NCBI GenBank assembly: GCA_951406725.2
Contig: OX597837.1
Span: 13,950,001 to 14,014,000, forward strand
Direction: 5' to 3'
Source of the DNA: Octopus vulgaris
Lineage: Eukaryota
Length of the DNA: 64,000 bases
Below, in pieces: positions 63,466-64,000 of this stretch. Position numbers and translations under genes: made by a program. Every line of letters begins with the position of its first letter. The first letter of the stretch is position 1. The notes beneath the pieces were generated by a model that searched no databases, was not told where the DNA came from, and saw only the letters and a list, made by a program, of their open reading frames with translations.

Positions 63466-64000
63466 ATATATATATATATATATCTGTACACAGATAGCTC
63501 AAATGTAAATAGACACTACGTTATACATGTTTATCTGTGCGGACACGGCTCATGAAGCATGATTTCCAAACAGGTAAAAATAATTAATAGCTGTACAAGA
63601 CATGTCTATTAAAAGATAAATTAGATATTTAAATGCATCAAATGACACTATTTTGTTTTTAGAAATAATCCTACAAAAATGATGATGTCTCTATATCTTT
63701 GAGATGTTTGTGTGTGTGTGTGTGTGTTTGTGTGTACATATATTCCAAAAGGTAACCACATGTGGATTGTTGGCGATTGCTTTCCTCCGCCTTCCTTTTT
63801 TCTTGGACATTTCTCCGTCTCCTATTTCCGAAGAGGAGCTTTGCTGGAAATATAAAACGCTCTTCCCTTCTCTTAGCGTCTTATTAATACTTTGCTTGTA
63901 CCACATCCTCACGTTGTTGTTTTTTTCTTGTATTTTTCTCCGTTTTTTTATTAACTATATGCACACACACACACACACAGACCTGAGGACATGTGACGAG

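Noticed and set aside
63691-63912. Exon-like basic peptide QSSSSEIGDGEMSKKKGRRRK on the minus strand
   Set aside because: Acceptor is plausible but the donor is weak and it links to no gene model here; insufficient support.

Overview
This is eukaryotic, intron-rich genomic DNA dominated by microsatellites, tRNA-derived SINEs, LINE 3' ends and DNA-transposon relics. The repeat repertoire is what I recall for Octopus (coleoid cephalopod); the organism is inferred, not proven. Three spliced genes can be rebuilt by hand. (1) On the minus strand at the left edge are the 5' exons of a SEC14/CRAL-TRIO-domain gene of the Trio/MCF2L/PLEKHG4/SESTD1 type, which runs out of the window. (2) On the plus strand is a complete 9-exon JMJD6/PSR gene (10328-33086, 421 aa), probably head-to-head with gene 1. 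(3) On the minus strand is an unrecognised single-pass mucin-like membrane protein (confident exons 48875-53747; N- and C-terminal exons unresolved). The most notable non-coding signals are: hammerhead-ribozyme motifs in Penelope-like fragments, including a perfect 126-bp palindrome encoding one on each strand; a local inverted duplication that splits a SINE and was later hit by a LINE; a SINE family that repeatedly inserts at GGTAT(T), including into itself; a 77-bp cassette duplicated upstream of two unrelated exons; and several long fold-back palindromes. Nearly all ORFs in the supplied track are microsatellite or SINE artefacts.
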